64,000 nt of DNA, taken from contig JAEYUP010000001.1 in NCBI GenBank assembly GCA_023432445.1, positions 495,907-559,906 of the forward strand, written 5' to 3'. How positions within the stretch are numbered: position 1 is the stretch's first letter; every line of letters begins with the position of its first letter. The notes beneath the pieces are model-generated. The model had not been told where the DNA came from, made no database searches, and saw only the letters and a program-made list of their open reading frames with translations. Source of the stretch: Candidatus Parcubacteria bacterium (lineage in GTDB: Bacteria > Patescibacteriota > Saccharimonadia > Saccharimonadales > Saccharimonadaceae). This document shows positions 44,372 through 52,806 of the stretch, piece by piece. The translations under genes and the position numbers were made by a program.

Positions 44372-45544
44372 ATGACTTCAGAGAACAAATCACCCCGCGA
44401 CTATAAAGACATTCGTCAGACATATTCTGATGATGATGTTAACTACCAAGTCTTAAAAACCGAGAAACAGGGAATTACATATCGGGATCAAAGGGGAGGC
44501 CTGCGTGTTGAGAACGGCGTCTGGACAAATGAATACTTGCGCGAACAGTATCTCAGGGAAACCGGTCTACTGATTGGAAAGATGGACGGAAGGGTCGACC
44601 TAAACGTTATTCAGGGAGATATAATAGATGATCGTGTTGAAGATGGTGACCACCGCCCCGACACCGTAATTTGGCTAGACAAGTCGGCACGTCCTGTGTC
44701 TTGGTTTACAGATGCTTTCTGGGATCAAATTGCCCGTGACGGATCTAAAAAACCTGAAAACGATTTTCTAAACATCGATAGGGTTAACTGGTTTGTTCAG
44801 CTTGGGTATGATCAGCTAACTGCATCGCGTAGACTCGGCCGCGATGATTTTAAAATAGAAGATGTTAACCCAGACTCTATAACGGCGCTTCGCGCTTACT
44901 TTACTGTCGGCAAGCTTACTGAAGAGAACTGGCGTGAAGAGGCCTGGAAGTTGCCGACACGTCTAGATGGCCAGCACATTTTAGTTGTTGATGAGGTCAA
45001 AAATCGGGGAGGAACTCTTCTCATAGCCACAGAGGTACTGAGGAAAGCTATCCCAGAGGCCACTGTCGACGGTACGTATTTCTGGCATGGTGGACGCCTG
45101 TCTATTGACGGTATGTCGGCCGATTTTGATAACCAACAAATGGAATCGGCGCCGCTATGGTATGACAATAACGACCCAATGGGCCGTGAAGTCGGTGATA
45201 TCTCAATCGGATATTATGAACGATTGTATAAAAAAGAACCGACCCAAGAGAACTTACGCAAAAAAATCGCTGCATTTGCTTTAAGCGCCCCTCATCACAA
45301 TCCTTTAACAGACGAAAAACGCGACGATTTGTCGGCTAAAAAATTGAAGCAAGACATAGCCTATGCGACCTATGCCTTGGCGGCTAAGAAGATGGTACAT
45401 GTACCAAGTCCTGAGTTCGGAGCAGAAGAACTTTTCAAAGTTATGGAATCACAAGGGCTATCGCGCGAAGAAGCTAAAACATTTATCCAAAACAGACAGA
45501 GCGAAAATCGCGACCAAGCAAGAAATCCACGTCGGGTTGCCTAG
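44372..45544 (+). CDS. Hypothetical protein with phosphoribosyltransferase-like motif
   Basis: HILVVDEVKNRGGTLLIA resembles the PRPP-binding loop of type I PRTases. The start is ATG 44372, or TTG 44348 as in the ORF track. Confidence 0.5.
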   Translation: MTSENKSPRDYKDIRQTYSDDDVNYQVLKTEKQGITYRDQRGGLRVENGVWTNEYLREQYLRETGLLIGKMDGRVDLNVIQGDIIDDRVEDGDHRPDTVIWLDKSARPVSWFTDAFWDQIARDGSKKPENDFLNIDRVNWFVQLGYDQLTASRRLGRDDFKIEDVNPDSITALRAYFTVGKLTEENWREEAWKLPTRLDGQHILVVDEVKNRGGTLLIATEVLRKAIPEATVDGTYFWHGGRLSIDGMSADFDNQQMESAPLWYDNNDPMGREVGDISIGYYERLYKKEPTQENLRKKIAAFALSAPHHNPLTDEKRDDLSAKKLKQDIAYATYALAAKKMVHVPSPEFGAEELFKVMESQGLSREEAKTFIQNRQSENRDQARNPRRVA

Positions 45545-45557
45545 CAAAAAAGAAGAA

Positions 45558-45584
45558 GCTCCGGTCCCAAAATGGTGCCGGAGC
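45558..45584. terminator. Hairpin between convergent genes
   Basis: GCTCCGG-(13-nt loop)-CCGGAGC, preceded by an A-run on the plus strand. Confidence 0.55.
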
Positions 45585-45586
45585 CG

Positions 45587-45910
45587 TTAATCGTCCTCGA
45601 TGCTAACTTCCATGAGGCCGATTACCTTCTTGCCGAAGTGTGCATCTGTTTGTACCAAGTGGTACCCCCGCACAATGCGCGATTCTCCGGATACGGTAGT
45701 GTATCCTTCGATGCGCGCCGTAGCGCGGCCCCACGAGTTATCGACGTAGGTCAGGGTAACAAAAATTTTCCTGACTTTCTGGTGTTTGATAATCGACGAC
45801 TTTTGTCGTTTCTTTTGTCGAACTACTCGGTAGACAGTGGTTATGTTGGCCTCTGGTTTGGGAAGGTGCAGGCTGTCGGCGATGATGTCGTATTTCTCGA
45901 TCGTCGCCAC
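45587..45910 (-). CDS. Hypothetical basic protein
   Basis: On the minus strand, TTGACT-18-TATAAT (the -10 falls inside the TTG-started ORF of the track), then a GAGAGAGG SD 7 nt before GTG 45910. 107 aa with a K/R-rich centre. Confidence 0.45.
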   Translation of the reverse strand: MATIEKYDIIADSLHLPKPEANITTVYRVVRQKKRQKSSIIKHQKVRKIFVTLTYVDNSWGRATARIEGYTTVSGESRIVRGYHLVQTDAHFGKKVIGLMEVSIEDD

Positions 45911-46068
45911 GATTATGCCTCTCTCTTTGTAGGGGAGATTAACGGTATAATTATACCGCAAAATGATAAATAAGTCAATAACCTACTAGCCTTGGGTGGG
46001 GTAGGGGGTGCGATTGACAAAACTTAAGCATTATGCTAGGATAGTAGGGTAAGTTAAGAAAAACAAAC

Positions 46069-46254
46069 ATGTCATTATATCAATACCTCCAGTTACAGCC
46101 AGTTGACCCGCAAGACGACGGGTCGGTCAGCGACCTTGATGAATACCAACAGGACGACACGATCGACCTGACCCAGGACATCGACGAAGAGACGCTTGAA
46201 ACGAACTTAAACCTAATCCTCAAAGATATGCACGAGGACGATAAGACGGTTTAA
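46069..46254 (+). CDS. Hypothetical very acidic small protein
   Basis: 61 aa with 13 Asp, 5 Glu and 2 Lys. TGcTAGGAT extended -10 at 46034-46042. Followed by a terminator. Confidence 0.4.
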   Translation: MSLYQYLQLQPVDPQDDGSVSDLDEYQQDDTIDLTQDIDEETLETNLNLILKDMHEDDKTV

Positions 46255-46289
46255 CGTTTTACTAATTTTGCTATAAATTAGCGTAAATG

Positions 46290-46310
46290 ACACCGGTAAC
46301 GGTGTTTTTA
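46290..46310 (+). terminator. Intrinsic terminator
   Basis: ACACCG-GTAA-CGGTGT followed by TTTTA. Confidence 0.7.
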
Positions 46311-46427
46311 AGTTGCGTTATTGTGCAAAAAAGGGTATATTTAATTAAAATACAAAAGTTGAGAGATTTGTATATATTAATTTACCGTGCGAGGTTGGTG
46401 GAATCTTGTGCCTAAAGGGAGCAGGCT

Positions 46428-48929
46428 ATGGGAGCAAAATTGCGAGCACTATATCAAAGAATCGGCCTAACGACGGCAAGTCTCGTCTTGGCAATAAGTA
46501 CATTGACGGCGGCTGTGCCGTTTATTTTGTCGCAGAATGTTGGTGCGGCTAGCCCAACAACAGTTTGTGAGACGGGCGGCTGTACGTACACTAGCCTTCA
46601 AGACGCTATCGATGCGGTTTCTGATGGAACTAGCATCTCTATACAGAGTGATCTGCACACCAGTTCTGAGGTAAGGATTACAAAACCAGTTACTATTCGG
46701 GGACACGGGTTTACAATATTCCCACTGTTTAGCTTTGTGTCGAACTCTGGGTCAAACTCGGTAATAGAAGTACTCGGAGCGTCGGCGTCTAACGTAGTTA
46801 TCAATAACCTTACTATCGAGGGTGTGGGTGGAACAAACATTCACGGAATCAACCTTTACGAGGCTCCACGAGTTGAAGTAACTAACGTTACTATTCGTAA
46901 CAACGACAAATCTGGACTTGTAGTAAACCGTTCGGTAGCAATAGTAGAAAACATTACTACCAGTGGTAACGGCTGGAATGGTATCAACGTAGACTCAACT
47001 GATGGTATTACTAATTCAAAGCTTCGAATTAAGAACGTTAGCTCTCACTCGGAGACAGCGCCTATTTACATTGATGATACAACTCGTCCTGTAGAGGTTA
47101 TCGATGTCCACAATCAGTACAACTATGCACACATTAACCATGAAGGCTCTCACCCTTATGACCGCGTTTATGCTCTAAAGATTGCTGGTCCAACTTTAAA
47201 CACACCAGCTACTGACAGCGTCTTCAAGACTAGCGACCTTCCAAAGACACAGTCATGGACTGCGGTTGCTGGTGCTACTCAGTACCGTTACGAAAGTTAT
47301 ACAGAAGACCCTACCGTAAATCCATCAGCAACTCCTTTCTATGGCGAGAATCGAACAGGAACTAGCCGAACAATTGGTAATACCGCGCCGGAAGGTAAGT
47401 ATTGGTGGAGGGTGAAGGCGACTGTTGGTCCGTTTGAGTCCGAATGGAGCGCCGTACGCACGTTCTCAGTTGATAACACTGCTCCAGTAGTGTCAATAGC
47501 GCAGCCTACAGGCTCTCTGTACAGCTCTAACACAGAAGTGCGCGGAACCGTAACTGACGAAAACCTACGCCACTACTGGGTGCAAGTGAAGCGAAACGGT
47601 TTGGTTGTATACAGCAACACAGTTCTTAGCACTGGTATCTCAAACGAATTACTATATACAGCAAACCTTGATGGTGACTACGAAGTAACTCTCGCGGCTC
47701 GCGATACTGCTGGCGGTGGATCAGGCACGGGTAACCGTAGCGTCGATGCGGTTAAGACTTTTACTGTTGATAAGACAGCCCCAGCGGTTCCTACGGATCT
47801 GGCATGGACAAACGCTGATGGCTCTATCGTTAACGGCGGGGTCACTAACCTATACAGCGGTACAGCTTCATGGGGCGCAAGCGACAGCGACACAGTTCGC
47901 TACATCTATCGATACTGGAATACTATTTCGAGCTCGCCTTACGGCGCAAGCTCTCCATGGGAGAACCCAAGCCTAACTGGATTGAGTGCTGCTGGAGTAT
48001 TTAATCAGGGAGAGGGTACTCACTTCTTCAGCGTCGCTGCAGTCGATCATGCTGGAAACGTCTCAGAATTTAGTGCTCCATTCGAGATTACTTACGATGC
48101 AACAAACCCAACAGTTCTAGTTTCGGCGACCAGCCCAGCTGGTGGACCAACTGGAACGAGCACAATCTCTGCGACGATTGACGATGCTGTAAGCTACGAG
48201 CTATTTGTCGACGGCGTATCTGTTGCAACTGGCGATGCCACTTTCTCGGACTTTGTCCTTGACACGACAACATATACATCGGGTTCATACGTAGTTAAAG
48301 TTGTAGCGGTTGACGCAGCTGGTAACGTTGGCGAAGGCGAGACTACAATTGTTATCGACAACGACGCCCCTGCGGCTCTTATCACTACAACCGGCACTCA
48401 AGCGACTGCAACCCCAGTTATTGAGGGAACAGTTGACACTGACGCTACTGAACTAGAGTTCTACATTAACGGCGTACTTCAGACAACCGGTCTTACCTGG
48501 ACCACCGGTGACAGCACCTGGTCATTTACCGGTGTAACATTCACCGATGGTGACTACGAACTGTCTATCGTGGCTCGTGATACTTACGGCAACGAGGGCG
48601 GACAGCTAGCTGATATGACCGTTTCTATCCCAGTTATCGAAGACGATCCTGAAACTGAAGAAGACGAGTCTGCACCAGCTACTACAACGACACCTGGCGA
48701 AGTTCTTGGCGACCAGGACACTAACCCTGACTTGACTCCAGAGGACGATGAGCAGGCAGTTGAGGGTGACTCAACTGAGCAGGCTGCTCAGGCTACTGAC
48801 GCTGATAGCGACAACGACAGTTCACTTCTAGGACTCGCTTGGTACTGGTGGGTGCTGATCGGGGCAGCCGTACTAGGTGCTGGATGGTGGATAGTCGGTG
48901 CTATCCGACGACGCGGCGCAGACGCTTAG
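46428..48929 (+). CDS. Large surface protein: right-handed beta-helix plus several Ig-like domains, acidic stalk, C-terminal TM anchor
   Basis: Signal/TM N-terminus. Parallel beta-helix-like repeats (NNLTIEG, NVTIRNN, NITTSGN). Ig-like modules each open with D(N/K/A)TAP-type strands (DNTAPVVSI, DKTAPAVP, DATNPTV, DNDAPAA). D/E/T-rich linker, then WYWWVLIGAAVLGAGWWIVGAI plus RRRG. Confidence 0.7.
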   Translation: MGAKLRALYQRIGLTTASLVLAISTLTAAVPFILSQNVGAASPTTVCETGGCTYTSLQDAIDAVSDGTSISIQSDLHTSSEVRITKPVTIRGHGFTIFPLFSFVSNSGSNSVIEVLGASASNVVINNLTIEGVGGTNIHGINLYEAPRVEVTNVTIRNNDKSGLVVNRSVAIVENITTSGNGWNGINVDSTDGITNSKLRIKNVSSHSETAPIYIDDTTRPVEVIDVHNQYNYAHINHEGSHPYDRVYALKIAGPTLNTPATDSVFKTSDLPKTQSWTAVAGATQYRYESYTEDPTVNPSATPFYGENRTGTSRTIGNTAPEGKYWWRVKATVGPFESEWSAVRTFSVDNTAPVVSIAQPTGSLYSSNTEVRGTVTDENLRHYWVQVKRNGLVVYSNTVLSTGISNELLYTANLDGDYEVTLAARDTAGGGSGTGNRSVDAVKTFTVDKTAPAVPTDLAWTNADGSIVNGGVTNLYSGTASWGASDSDTVRYIYRYWNTISSSPYGASSPWENPSLTGLSAAGVFNQGEGTHFFSVAAVDHAGNVSEFSAPFEITYDATNPTVLVSATSPAGGPTGTSTISATIDDAVSYELFVDGVSVATGDATFSDFVLDTTTYTSGSYVVKVVAVDAAGNVGEGETTIVIDNDAPAALITTTGTQATATPVIEGTVDTDATELEFYINGVLQTTGLTWTTGDSTWSFTGVTFTDGDYELSIVARDTYGNEGGQLADMTVSIPVIEDDPETEEDESAPATTTTPGEVLGDQDTNPDLTPEDDEQAVEGDSTEQAAQATDADSDNDSSLLGLAWYWWVLIGAAVLGAGWWIVGAIRRRGADA

Positions 48930-48952
48930 GCTTAAAAAACAGACCAAAAATA

Positions 48953-48980
48953 AAGTCCTCGCATCTAGCGGGGACTTTTA
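48953..48980 (+). terminator. Intrinsic terminator
   Basis: AAGTCCTCGC-ATCTA-GCGGGGACTT followed by TTAATTT. Confidence 0.65.
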
Positions 48981-49023
48981 ATTTACTGGCGCAAAAAACC
49001 TCTTATGCTATACTATTGGTATT

Positions 49024-49938
49024 GTGACAAAAACAAAACAAACATCAGTAAAGAGAAAAGCTCTACCGGCGAAAACGCGGCAACATGCCAAGCGTTTGTT
49101 GGTCCCTCACAAGGCGAATGATTATCGACCGCACCTTATACGTACGCCGGCTATCGTGCTGGTGATTGTCATATCGCTGCTGGTGCAGGTAGTCTATGGT
49201 TTTATCACGACCGGGCACATAGAGGTGTTAGGTCGAGTTTCAAACATCACGACCTCTGAGCTTTTGTCGGGCACTAACCACGAGCGAGCTTCTGAGGGTC
49301 TCGGTGAGCTGAAAATGAACGACTCCTTGAACGAGGCCGCTTTTCGTAAAGCCCAAGACATGTTTGCTAATGATTATTGGGCACACACCTCACCGAGTGG
49401 TGTAAAGCCCTGGAGGTGGTTGGCTGATGTCGGCTATAGATATAGCGTAGCAGGGGAGAACTTAGCGAAGAATTACCCGAACGCTTCGGCGGCGGTAGCA
49501 GCCTGGATGGGGTCTGAAACGCACCGAGCAAATATTTTGAACGATAAATACAGCGAAGTTGGTTTTGCGGTCGTCGACGGCGAGTTAAATGGTCGTGAGA
49601 CGACGCTGGTCGTGGCTTTTTACGGCGCTCCGGCAACCGAGGCGGCGGTCCGTGGCTCATCAACACCAATTGAATACGCCGCCCCAGTATCGGCCGGTGG
49701 AACTAACCCAGCTGGCTACTTTGCGACTGCCTTGCAATCGCTCAGCCCAGCAACCATTTTCTGGCTTGGACTGTTGGCGATAGTGTCGATAGTGGCGGCG
49801 GCGGCTCACCATTACCGCGACAAGCTACCAAAGAGCTGGAAGAAAAGCTGGAAGCTTCATCACGGTCTCTATACCTTCCTCGGCATGATGCTCATGGGCG
49901 TCATGTTGGTCCTGGCTACTGGCGGCGGGTCGATTTAA
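49024..49938 (+). CDS. CAP/SCP (YkwD-like) domain membrane protein
   Basis: GTG start and N-terminal TM. NHERASEGLGELKMN ... YWAHTSPSG ... GENLAKNY ... WMGSETHRANIL CAP-domain pattern. Two C-terminal TM helices. Confidence 0.75.
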   Translation: MTKTKQTSVKRKALPAKTRQHAKRLLVPHKANDYRPHLIRTPAIVLVIVISLLVQVVYGFITTGHIEVLGRVSNITTSELLSGTNHERASEGLGELKMNDSLNEAAFRKAQDMFANDYWAHTSPSGVKPWRWLADVGYRYSVAGENLAKNYPNASAAVAAWMGSETHRANILNDKYSEVGFAVVDGELNGRETTLVVAFYGAPATEAAVRGSSTPIEYAAPVSAGGTNPAGYFATALQSLSPATIFWLGLLAIVSIVAAAAHHYRDKLPKSWKKSWKLHHGLYTFLGMMLMGVMLVLATGGGSI

Positions 49939-49952
49939 GAAAGCTAGACAAC

Positions 49953-49981
49953 TTTACAAAACAACCCATCTCTGTTACAAT
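49953..49981 (+). promoter_or_regulatory. Promoter of rplU
   Basis: TTTACA (49953-58), 17-nt spacer, TGtTACAAT (-10 at 49976-81). Confidence 0.7.
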
Positions 49982-50019
49982 TGACTACTGATTGTTATAT
50001 TTTAATAAAAGGAATCACA

Positions 50020-50328
50020 ATGACAAAAGCAGTCGTTAAGATCGGTGGCTCACAGTTTATAGCTACCGAAAAAGAGACCCTCCTGGTGGACCTCCTCCCG
50101 GAAGGAACAAAAGAGCTCACGCTTGACGCACTATTGGTCATCGATGGCGACAACGTTACCGTCGGTACACCAACAGTCAAAGATGTGAAGGTTACCGCTA
50201 AGGTAGTCGAAGACGAAGTAAAGGGCGACAAAATCAAAGTCATCCGATACAAGTCAAAGAAGCGTGTTCACAAAGTGAATGGACACCGCCAGAAGTACTC
50301 GAAAATCGAGATTGTTTCGATAAAGTAA
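50020..50328 (+). CDS. rplU: 50S ribosomal protein L21
   Basis: MTKAVVKIGGSQF ... KVIRYKSKKRVHKVNGHRQKYSKIEI. AAAGGA SD. Start set at ATG 50020. Confidence 0.9.
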   Translation: MTKAVVKIGGSQFIATEKETLLVDLLPEGTKELTLDALLVIDGDNVTVGTPTVKDVKVTAKVVEDEVKGDKIKVIRYKSKKRVHKVNGHRQKYSKIEIVSIK

Positions 50329-50357
50329 ACTTTCTTTGAGGATTTCAGCCTAAGACT

Positions 50358-50387
50358 AAAGAAGACATCCGACGGGTGTCTTCTTTT
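50358..50387 (+). terminator. Intrinsic terminator after rplU
   Basis: AAAGAAGACATCC-GAC-GGGTGTCTTCTTT 13-bp hairpin ending in a T-tract. Confidence 0.7.
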
Positions 50388-50475
50388 AAAGCGCGCTTCC
50401 GAAAGCGCCGTAAGAGAGCTTATTTACAACCCGCATATGTTACAATTAGATCAGTAAAAGAAGAGGGAAATCTCA

Positions 50476-51249
50476 GTGACGACTGTTATTGCAGTGACAA
50501 ATCAAAAGGGTGGGGTGGGTAAAACGACCACCGCTATTAATCTGGCGTACTTTTTGGCTAAAGCTGGCCGGTCGACTTTGTTGGTAGATTTTGACCCTCA
50601 GGGTAACGCAACTAGCGGGCTTGGTGTTGATAAAACTTCGTTGCAGACAACAATGACCGATGTTCTACTGGGGGAAGCTAGCTTAGACGAAGCGGTTGTT
50701 GCAACCGAACACAAGAATTTATTTTTGGCCCCAACAACCTCGATCTTGGCAAATACCGAGGTTGAGCTGGCAAGGGCCGACAAGCGGTTTTCTAAACTGA
50801 AGCAGGCTATCGAGGCGAGCACAAAGGGCTATGACTACATCATCATAGATAGCCCACCGAGCCTAAGTCTGTTGACTGTGAACGGCCTGATAGCGGCTAA
50901 GTATGTCTTACTGCCCGTTCAGGCGGAGTTTTATGCTCTGGAAGGGCTTGGTCAGCTGCTTGAGACCATGAAGCTTATCCGCAAAGGTATGAACCCAGGC
51001 CTAGAACTGCTTGGCGTTCTACCTACGATGCTTGATAGCCGCACCACACTTAGTAACCAGGTTCATGGTGAAATCAAGCGGCATTTTCCAGGCAAGGTTT
51101 TTGAAACAACTATACCGCGCAACATTCGTCTAGCCGAGGCGCCAAGCCACGGCATCCCCATAGGTGTTTATGACCGCTTTTCTAAGGGTTCCAGGGCTTA
51201 CAAGGCCGTTGCTAAAGAAGTTATGGAACGAACAGGAGGCGCAGCGTGA
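50476..51249 (+). CDS. parA: Chromosome partitioning ATPase ParA/Soj
   Basis: GTG start. Deviant Walker A NQKGGVGKTTTAINLA. DSPPSL. Confidence 0.9.
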   Translation: MTTVIAVTNQKGGVGKTTTAINLAYFLAKAGRSTLLVDFDPQGNATSGLGVDKTSLQTTMTDVLLGEASLDEAVVATEHKNLFLAPTTSILANTEVELARADKRFSKLKQAIEASTKGYDYIIIDSPPSLSLLTVNGLIAAKYVLLPVQAEFYALEGLGQLLETMKLIRKGMNPGLELLGVLPTMLDSRTTLSNQVHGEIKRHFPGKVFETTIPRNIRLAEAPSHGIPIGVYDRFSKGSRAYKAVAKEVMERTGGAA

Positions 51250-52121
51250 GCACCAAGAAAGGACTGGGCAGAGGTTTTGACTCGTTAATCCCCACGGATC
51301 TTTTTGATGATTCTTTTGACCCGACTGCGCAGCAGGACGTTAAGGTCAGCGAGCTCATGGAAGTGCCTATTTCTAAGGTGCACGCTAACCCCGACCAGCC
51401 TCGTCGCCGTTTTGACGAAGAGGCCCTTCAAGAACTCTCTCTGTCCATAGGTGAGCACGGCGTCCTTCAGCCGATCATAGTCGTCCCCGACCAGAGAGGC
51501 TACATGATAGTCGCTGGCGAGCGTCGTTTTCGCGCTTCCCAGATGGCTGGACTTAACAGCATCCCGGTTATTATTCGTTCTTTGTCAGACCAGCATCAGT
51601 TGGAAGTCTCGTTGATTGAAAACATTCAGCGTCGTGACCTAAATACCATCGAGACGGCGACTGCATATGCTAAGTTGCGAGACCAGTTCAATATGACCAA
51701 TGAGCAGATTGCCAAGCGAGTCAACAAATCTGTTTCGGCGGTCATGAACACAATGCGTCTTTTGAAACTACCCAAAGAAGTTATTATGGCTATCGCCGAG
51801 GGTCAGCTGTCGGAGGGCCAAGCTCGTCCATTGATCGGTCAGCCCGATGACACCATAGTCCAATTAGTGCCACGTATTATAGCTGAGGAATGGTCGGCGC
51901 GTAAGGTGGAGCAGTATATAGTTCACCTCAAACAAAGCAAAAAGCCGAGCGAAGCACCGGCTACCCAGCGCTACCAAGAGGACGTCCAAATTCTTAAAAG
52001 TCGTCTTGGCACCCCAGTGGCTATTCAGACCAATGCTAAGGGCGCAGGCAAGATCACCATTTCATTTGCAGACGAAAAAGAGTTTGAGCGTATCAAGAAG
52101 CTGATACAGCCGCAGGGCTAA
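51246..52121 (+). CDS. parB: Chromosome partitioning protein ParB/Spo0J
   Basis: GLGRGFDSLIP, PDQPRRRFDEEALQELSLSIGEHGVLQPIIV, VAGERRFRAS, HTH region. Confidence 0.9.
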   Translation: MSTKKGLGRGFDSLIPTDLFDDSFDPTAQQDVKVSELMEVPISKVHANPDQPRRRFDEEALQELSLSIGEHGVLQPIIVVPDQRGYMIVAGERRFRASQMAGLNSIPVIIRSLSDQHQLEVSLIENIQRRDLNTIETATAYAKLRDQFNMTNEQIAKRVNKSVSAVMNTMRLLKLPKEVIMAIAEGQLSEGQARPLIGQPDDTIVQLVPRIIAEEWSARKVEQYIVHLKQSKKPSEAPATQRYQEDVQILKSRLGTPVAIQTNAKGAGKITISFADEKEFERIKKLIQPQG

Positions 52122-52717
52122 AAGCCGCGGACCTTATCGAAGGGGAAGATCCTAAAGGAGACCGGCCCGACGATGTCGTACAGTGGGATTGTACCCATGC
52201 CATTTCTAGAGTCAAAGGAATAGGTGCCTTCACGGTGATCGCCTGATACGAACAATTCACCGCTAGGAACAATTTTGTCGATTTCACCTGTGGTTGGACT
52301 GCCTGGTTCGCCTCCATTTTGGTCGTCAGGATTGAATCCGCGCGGGTTTTCGTCGTTGTAGACGGTAAATGTACCGTTTTTTAGTACTACGCGTTCGCCG
52401 GGCAAGCCTATGACTCGTTTAACTACGTACTCATCGTCAACGCCTCGGCTGTAGTGAGGGTTTTTAAAGACGATTATCTCGCCTCTGGAAGGTATATATG
52501 ACGTGCCGCTAAGCTGGGCCAGGGTCGCTGGTAGTCGGTTTACTATCAGGCGGTCACCGGTGTACATAGTGGGCTCCATGCTTGGGCCGACAACGTTATA
52601 ACTACGAAAAACAAAGTTGTTTATGAGAATTGTGCCGATTACGACGCATATAACGAATATAACAAGACCTAGGGCGTCTTTCATGACAGGGTGGCGGGTA
52701 AAAAATGAAGCTTCCAT
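52118..52717 (-). CDS. lepB: Signal peptidase I
   Basis: GPSMEPTM (catalytic Ser), VKRVIGLPGE (Lys box), GDHREGTYSFDSR. Confidence 0.85.
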   Translation of the reverse strand: MEASFFTRHPVMKDALGLVIFVICVVIGTILINNFVFRSYNVVGPSMEPTMYTGDRLIVNRLPATLAQLSGTSYIPSRGEIIVFKNPHYSRGVDDEYVVKRVIGLPGERVVLKNGTFTVYNDENPRGFNPDDQNGGEPGSPTTGEIDKIVPSGELFVSGDHREGTYSFDSRNGMGTIPLYDIVGPVSFRIFPFDKVRGF

Positions 52718-52806
52718 GAACTCTGGTTATTATACTTGAGTGCAAAGTGAAATGCCACTTATGCTTCAAAACGTGAGCAGTATCGTCTATAATGATACGA
52801 GTATTT

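Noticed and set aside
45572-45973. 133-aa plus-strand ORF
   Set aside because: It begins inside the terminator hairpin of the upstream gene. The minus-strand ORF has a promoter, an SD and a GTG start, and it ends at the shared hairpin.
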